The position numbers and the translations under genes are program-made. Below, in pieces: positions 58,783 through 64,000 of a DNA stretch of 64,000 nt (position 1 is its first letter; each line of letters opens with the position of its first letter). This stretch comes from Nanobdellota archaeon. GTDB taxonomy: Archaea > Nanobdellota > Nanobdellia > Pacearchaeales > GW2011-AR1. The stretch spans positions 58,067-122,066 of the forward strand of contig JAJZAH010000003.1 of assembly GCA_021799535.1 (NCBI GenBank), given 5' to 3'. Under the pieces are notes generated by a model. The model saw nothing but the letters and a program-made list of their open reading frames with translations. It was not told the origin of the DNA and searched no databases.

Positions 58783-59506
58783 GCAGACAATTAAAGTTTC
58801 TTTCTATCTGTTTTTCAACTTCATCTCCGCTAACCTTCCAGATCTCGGAAATTTTTTTTATGGATTCGCTTATTAAGGCAGGTTCGTTCTCATGCCCGAT
58901 GAAAGGGGAAAGGTAAGGAGAGTCCGTTTCAGTCAGAATTTTTTCATGAGGAATATCTTTCACCATCTTCTGAAAATGCTCGCTCCTTGTAATGTTAGCA
59001 GGGATTGAGAAGTAACAACCAATTTCTATTCCTCTTTTCACAAGTTTGAAATTTCCAGAAAAGCAGTGCAGAATAACTTTCAGATCCTTGAATCCATCAA
59101 GTATATCTAAAACTTCTTTCTCAGCTTTTCTTGTATGAATTATCGCGAGGATTTTCATCTTCCGCGCAAGTTCGAGCTGTTTCCTGAAAATCACTTTCTG
59201 GATTTCGAAATTATCTTTTGTTTCATGCAAATCAAGACCTATCTCCCCGAGAGCTATAATTTCCTTTTTGTGCTCTTCAACGAATCTTCCAAAATCATCA
59301 AAATCAGATAATTTAAGATCTTTTTCAGGATACAAGCCTGCCGCTAATTTTATCTTAGAATATTTTTCGGCAATCTCAAGATTCTTTTCGCACGACCTTA
59401 AGTTCACAGAATTTGTCACAACGAACTTTACTTCCTTGTTTCTTTGAAGATTCTCTAGTTTGTTCTCTGAGAGGAAATCCGCATGCATATGAACATCAAT
59501 AATCAT
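58772..59506 (-). CDS. tatD: TatD-family nuclease
   Basis: DVHMH, GEIGLD, IHTR, LHCFSG and ETDSPY motifs. Confidence 0.93.
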   Translation of the reverse strand: MIIDVHMHADFLSENKLENLQRNKEVKFVVTNSVNLRSCEKNLEIAEKYSKIKLAAGLYPEKDLKLSDFDDFGRFVEEHKKEIIALGEIGLDLHETKDNFEIQKVIFRKQLELARKMKILAIIHTRKAEKEVLDILDGFKDLKVILHCFSGNFKLVKRGIEIGCYFSIPANITRSEHFQKMVKDIPHEKILTETDSPYLSPFIGHENEPALISESIKKISEIWKVSGDEVEKQIERNFNCLLKE

Positions 59507-59602
59507 AAGAACAAAACGACCTCTGGTTTATTAAACTTAACCGATTGTGATTCGAAAATGAAATCAAAAATTTAAAAACAACAGAAAATCTTTACACCCA
59601 AA

Positions 59603-60154
59603 ATGGTTCCGCAAAAAATATTCTTGACAAAAGGGGTCGGAGTGAACAAGGACAAACTCGCAAGTTTTGAGCTTGCTTTAAGGGATGCAGGAATCGAAAA
59701 ATGCAATCTTGTATGTGTCTCTTCGATTTTCCCCCCGAACTGCAAAATAATTCCAAAAGAGGATGGAGCAAAAATGCTGAATCCAGGGGAGATAACTTAC
59801 TGCGTAATGGCGAGAAACGAGAGTAACGAACCCAACCGGCTGATCTCCGCATCCATAGGGCTCGCCATACCAAAAGACAACAGCCACTATGGATATCTCT
59901 CGGAACATCATGCTTTCGGAGAGAAGGGAGAAAGATCAGGGGACTATGCGGAAGATCTGGCAGCGACCATGCTTGCAACGACTTTAGGCATAGAGTTCAA
60001 CCCAGACACTGCATGGGAAGAAAGAGAGCAGCTTTACAAATCCTCAGGCCACATCTTCAAAACAACGAATATAACCCAGTCGGCAGAAGGGAATAAGGAA
60101 GGCTTATGGACAACTGTGGTTGCAGTCGCTGTATTCATCAATCCAGCTTCTTAA
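59603..60154 (+). CDS. pdaD: pyruvoyl-dependent arginine decarboxylase
   Basis: [18 protein letters not shown] (self-cleavage site) and GYLSEHH motifs. Confidence 0.92.
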   Translation: MVPQKIFLTKGVGVNKDKLASFELALRDAGIEKCNLVCVSSIFPPNCKIIPKEDGAKMLNPGEITYCVMARNESNEPNRLISASIGLAIPKDNSHYGYLSEHHAFGEKGERSGDYAEDLAATMLATTLGIEFNPDTAWEEREQLYKSSGHIFKTTNITQSAEGNKEGLWTTVVAVAVFINPAS

Positions 60155-60193
60155 AAAATAAGTTTTTAAACAGGCAAAACAAGATAATCTCAA

Positions 60194-60264
60194 GCGGAAG
60201 TAGTTTAATGGTAGAATGCAACCTTGCCAAGGTTGTGACCCGAGTCCGATTCTCGGTTTCCGCA
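60194..60264 (+). tRNA. tRNA-Gly(GCC), intronless, T-loop TCCGATT
   Basis: GCGGAAG/TTTCCGC; CAACC-TTGCCAA-GGTTG; CCGAG-TCCGATT-CTCGG. Confidence 0.93.
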
Positions 60265-60268
60265 CTTC

Positions 60269-60982
60269 TTATTTGATATTCACATTTTTTTCTCCATGGA
60301 TATATTCATATATAGGAGCCCATGAGAGCCCAAAGCTCAATGCAAAAACTATCTCTTCAAGAGGAATTCCCAAGACAAAAAACCCACTCAGGTCTCTGAT
60401 ACTATAAAATTGGACCACAAAATGGGGAAAGATGATGCCAAATATAGAGAAAAAAATAAAATAGAAAGAGGCATAAAGAATGCCTCCAATAATTGAATGT
60501 TTAATCAAATCTTTTCTTTCAAACCAGATCACGATTGCGCTGCCCGCCCCAAAAGCGATTAATGCCCATATGAGATTCACACTTAGGAAAGAGATAACCA
60601 ATGCAATAAGGCCTCCAATAATAATCGCTAAAAAATGAAAATGATATTTCCTTTTGATAACTATTCTCTTTCTGAAGACATAATTGTACAAAAAAGTTAC
60701 AATTCCCCCACTAAAAAACATATAAAGAAAATCCTCAATCGAATACCCTCCCGTTATCCTACCAAGATTAAAGAGAGTATCAGGATTCCAGTAGCCTGGA
60801 ATTATTGAGATGTACTCGGGTCTTGAGATTGTGATTAATCTTATAGTAATGAATCCGATTGAGAGTACGAGAACATAATAAAAGCCACTCCGGACCATTG
60901 GCTTTTGTAAATCTTTTCTCAGAAAAAACATAATCAACCACAGGACCGCAATTATTCCGCATCCTATCAGATAATTGTACAT
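60269..60982 (-). CDS. lycopene-cyclase-domain-like membrane protein (two repeats)
   Basis: YW...SIEDFLYMF and GIPLEEIVFA repeats; multi-TM. Confidence 0.65.
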   Translation of the reverse strand: MYNYLIGCGIIAVLWLIMFFLRKDLQKPMVRSGFYYVLVLSIGFITIRLITISRPEYISIIPGYWNPDTLFNLGRITGGYSIEDFLYMFFSGGIVTFLYNYVFRKRIVIKRKYHFHFLAIIIGGLIALVISFLSVNLIWALIAFGAGSAIVIWFERKDLIKHSIIGGILYASFYFIFFSIFGIIFPHFVVQFYSIRDLSGFFVLGIPLEEIVFALSFGLSWAPIYEYIHGEKNVNIK

Positions 60983-61062
60983 ATTGTGGATATATTTCCC
61001 AATTCTTTTAAAATTATCTAACAGGAAACATTTTTAAAACTGCCAAACGGATTATCTTTGTC

Positions 61063-61133
61063 GGTCCATTAGTCTAATGGCAGAACATCTCGTTTACACC
61101 GAGAAAGCGGAGGTCCGATTCCTCCATGGACCA
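61063..61133 (+). tRNA. tRNA-Val(TAC), intronless, T-loop TCCGATT
   Basis: GGTCCAT/ATGGACC; TCTCG-TTTACAC-CGAGA; GGAGG-TCCGATT-CCTCC. Confidence 0.93.
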
Positions 61134-61147
61134 CTTTGGGTGAGAAA

Positions 61148-61723
61148 ATGACAATTGAAGATGGTGAGGCACAACTTGGGAAGGTTTCTGACATTGAGCT
61201 CTGGATAGGAGATTACGACTATATCTTCTCCGACTTTGACTCAAGACCATACTCCGAAAGGCTACTGTCTGAGGACCTCCTGTCAGAAATGAACCGCGTA
61301 AGCAAAGACAAGAAATCCGAGGAAGTGGAAGTCCAGTTCCTCATACCAAACGACAAAAGAGATCCGAAAAGAGAAGTTGTGATAAAAAAGAGATTAAAGG
61401 ATCAGTTCAGGATAAATTTAAAGAACCTAAAGGAAACAAAAAAGAAAATGCTGCGCCAGGGGCTTTTATTTGTCCTGTTCGGAGTTGTTTTTATGTTCAT
61501 CGCAACATTTTTTCTCACAAGAGGTGACGGAAATTATCTTATCACATTCCTCTCTGTGATCTCAGAACCGGCAGGATGGTTTCTCTTCTGGGAAGGTCTC
61601 AATCTTTTGATATTTGATATCAAGAAAAAAGTGCCGGACTTGGATTTTTACGAGAAGATGTCAAAGGCAAAGATAAATTTTGCCGATACCAATCCGGTTA
61701 AACAGACGCAAAACGCCTTGTAA
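61148..61723 (+). CDS. hypothetical membrane protein (2 TM)
   Basis: YDYIFSDFDSRPYSERLLSED and GWFLFWEG segments. Confidence 0.7.
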   Translation: MTIEDGEAQLGKVSDIELWIGDYDYIFSDFDSRPYSERLLSEDLLSEMNRVSKDKKSEEVEVQFLIPNDKRDPKREVVIKKRLKDQFRINLKNLKETKKKMLRQGLLFVLFGVVFMFIATFFLTRGDGNYLITFLSVISEPAGWFLFWEGLNLLIFDIKKKVPDLDFYEKMSKAKINFADTNPVKQTQNAL

Positions 61724-61774
61724 CCCCCGGCCGACTCCCCAAACTTTTATAAATAACCCACTTGTTTTTAGGAT

Positions 61775-63547
61775 ATGACTGGGGAAAACACTGATTCTAT
61801 ACCTGGTATGAACCTTAATTATTCAAAGCCGCAGATGCCCGCGACAAACCCGGAAGAAGAAAGAAAGAAATTTGAGAAGACCAAAAAAGAAATTGACAGA
61901 CTCAAGACTTTTATCCTTAAAAAATTCAAATATATCCTTGCATTTGGCATCCTGCCTCCGCAGTCCATCCCTAAATTCATAGAAGAGGAAGAGGCTCCTG
62001 AAAGCTCCAAAGACCACGTTCACATTGAGATAATTGTTCCGGATGAAAAAGTAAAAGAAATCCCGAAGATAAAACAGGAACTGATAAAGGAAATTGAAAG
62101 TGCCAAAGAAAAGGTCTGGGCTCATATAATGACTCCTTCAGAGGTATGGGAGATATGCATGGACCAGAAGTTTGACCTTTCGGGAGCTATATCTATGAGC
62201 TACCCGGTTTATGACAAAGGCATACTAGGAGCGCTGAGAGTTGCTGAAATACACAAATCTTTAGTTCTTCAAAAATTCGAGAAATATGTTGTGAGTTATG
62301 TAATTGGCGGAAGCCTTATCAGAGGCGATGCCGCAAAAACAAGCGACGTCGATGTCTTTGTCGTCATCAATGACACTGACGTTAAGAGGATGCCCAGACG
62401 CGAGCTCCTTGAAAGATTAAGGGGAATCATATACCAATATGTCGCTGAAGCAACACAAATTGCCGGCGTAAAGAACAGGCTTGAACCACAGATTTACCTT
62501 TTAACAGACTTCTGGGATGCAGTCAAAGATGCTCACCCTGTGATGTTCACTTTTATCCGCGACGGAGTCCCCCTCTATGACAGAGGAACTTTCATGCCAT
62601 GGAAAGCGCTCCTGAAGATGGGGAAGCTAAAACCCTCGCCCGAATCAATTGATATGTTCATGAGCATGGGTGACGGAGTAATCCAAAGAAGCAAAAGGAC
62701 ACTTCTCTCAGATATATTCACAAACATCTTCTGGGGTGTGACCTCTCCTGCTCAGGCAATGGTGATGCTAAATGGCGGCGCTCCTCCAAACGCTAAAAAA
62801 GAGCTCGTAAACGAATTCAAGAAAGAATTCTTGGATAAAGGTATGCTTGAGAAAAAGTATGTTGACTTCCTGGAAAAAATTGTGCAGACATGGAGAGACT
62901 ACGAGCACGAAAAGATAAAAGAAATCTCCGGGTCAGAGATTGATAAGCTGCTAAAGCAGACAGAGGAGTTCATTGACAGGCTCAAGAAGCTCAGGAAAGA
63001 GATTGAAGCAAAAGCGCAGGAGAAGACGGTGGAACAGATTTACGGGGACGTTATCGACCTCCTCAAAGATATAATCGGGAAGAAAACCCCGGAAAAGCTG
63101 GCAGAGGAATTTGACAAAGAATATGTGAAGAAAGCCAAATTCACAAACCAGCATTTGAGGATCCTGAAAGACGTGATAAAAGCCAAAAAAGAGTTCAAAA
63201 AGGACAAGGCAGAGTTCCATAAGATCGACAGAGTGAGAAAAGACGCAGATATACTGATAAAAGACCTGACAGAGTATATCCAAAGGAAAGATTTAATCCC
63301 AATAAACAAAGGAAAAATGACTCTCAAGACAAAGGATAAAAGCATTGAGATAGTGAACGCGAACGGAAAAACTTTCCTTTTTGAAGGCAATTCCGTAAGG
63401 ATTGTTTCAGATAAGATAGAGGAATCAAGCATTGAAGAATTCGAAAAGTCGATAGCAAAACAAAAAGAATCCCCAAGTGTTGAGATAGACTCTAAGGTCT
63501 TTGAAACCCTCAGGAAAAATTACGGAGAATTTGAAGTTGTTTTTTGA
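61775..63547 (+). CDS. nucleotidyltransferase-domain protein with helical (HEPN-like) C-terminus
   Basis: IGGSLIRG...SDVDVFVVIND motif preceded by a degenerate similar unit. TATA at 61746, 29 nt upstream. Confidence 0.8.
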   Translation: MTGENTDSIPGMNLNYSKPQMPATNPEEERKKFEKTKKEIDRLKTFILKKFKYILAFGILPPQSIPKFIEEEEAPESSKDHVHIEIIVPDEKVKEIPKIKQELIKEIESAKEKVWAHIMTPSEVWEICMDQKFDLSGAISMSYPVYDKGILGALRVAEIHKSLVLQKFEKYVVSYVIGGSLIRGDAAKTSDVDVFVVINDTDVKRMPRRELLERLRGIIYQYVAEATQIAGVKNRLEPQIYLLTDFWDAVKDAHPVMFTFIRDGVPLYDRGTFMPWKALLKMGKLKPSPESIDMFMSMGDGVIQRSKRTLLSDIFTNIFWGVTSPAQAMVMLNGGAPPNAKKELVNEFKKEFLDKGMLEKKYVDFLEKIVQTWRDYEHEKIKEISGSEIDKLLKQTEEFIDRLKKLRKEIEAKAQEKTVEQIYGDVIDLLKDIIGKKTPEKLAEEFDKEYVKKAKFTNQHLRILKDVIKAKKEFKKDKAEFHKIDRVRKDADILIKDLTEYIQRKDLIPINKGKMTLKTKDKSIEIVNANGKTFLFEGNSVRIVSDKIEESSIEEFEKSIAKQKESPSVEIDSKVFETLRKNYGEFEVVF

Positions 63548-63592
63548 ATAATACAGGTCTTAATGTAATATTTTAAATAAAAAAATATTTGT

Positions 63593-63994
63593 TTATTTTC
63601 TCCTGCTGTGCGCAAACCTCTTCCTGAAAATCAAAAACGCAAGCCATGACAAAAACGCCCCGATAAGAGCGTATATTATCGGGTCAATCAGCAGATTAAC
63701 ATAAATCCCTATCTGAATAACTGTTTGGATAGTTCCGGCATCGACTCCTTTTTTAACTGCTGCCTGTATCACTTGGGCTATTTTCTCAGGATAAATATAA
63801 TATGATACCACCCCTACAACAGCAGATGCAAGCCCCATCACCGCTCCGGAATAAGCCCCGGCCTTGGAGGGTTTAATTTCAACATTGTTTTTAGCGACAC
63901 CATACCCCACAAGCCCAAAAACATAAAATGCCACAAGGATTGAGATAACAGATGAGAAAGTCGCCCCGATCCAGCTTTCAACAGGCAATACCAA
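63593..63994 (-). CDS. membrane protein, 5' end probably outside the window
   Basis: Hydrophobic ORF open toward the right edge. Confidence 0.6.
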   Translation of the reverse strand: MVLPVESWIGATFSSVISILVAFYVFGLVGYGVAKNNVEIKPSKAGAYSGAVMGLASAVVGVVSYYIYPEKIAQVIQAAVKKGVDAGTIQTVIQIGIYVNLLIDPIIYALIGAFLSWLAFLIFRKRFAHSRRK

Positions 63995-64000
63995 GACAAG

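Noticed and set aside
1-64000. CRISPR arrays, rRNA, integrase, transposase or prophage
   Set aside because: None was recognised by eye. No att-like duplication of tRNA 3' ends was noticed.

Overview
This is a gene-dense archaeal chromosome segment, most likely from a DPANN archaeon (Pacearchaeota/Woesearchaeota-like; inferred from gene content and style). Archaeal markers include rpo7-spt4-S24e-S27ae, L7Ae-S28e-L24e, thermosome, Kae1, Dph6, PdaD and BHB-intron tRNAs. Many genes are leaderless, with the start codon about 29 nt after the first base of a TATA box. Main contents: a sufB-sufU-sufC cluster between two HTH-10 regulators; an EgtD-like methyltransferase coupled to a divergent ThiH/HydG-family radical SAM enzyme; a copper/redox/envelope island (CopA, CopZ, cupredoxin, two DsbA, MacB-type ABC system, membrane-anchored regulators); hisS next to an odd tRNA-His; bacterial-type gyrB and gyrA with four small ORFs between them; five tRNAs; a minimal PolX; and a GNAT pseudogene. 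The most novel-looking signals are: (1) the regulator-operator-methyltransferase-radical SAM module at 4.0-6.8 kb; (2) a ~296-nt promoter-bearing structured non-coding element at 45.0-45.3 kb; (3) tRNA anomalies (acceptor-stem mismatches in tRNA-His, C55 in tRNA-Gly and tRNA-Val); (4) a candidate sRNA beginning with an anti-Shine-Dalgarno-like sequence at 30.8 kb; (5) a membrane-anchored putative copper sensor with a readable operator. No CRISPR array, rRNA, integrase or transposase was seen. All assignments are by eye; no database search was run.
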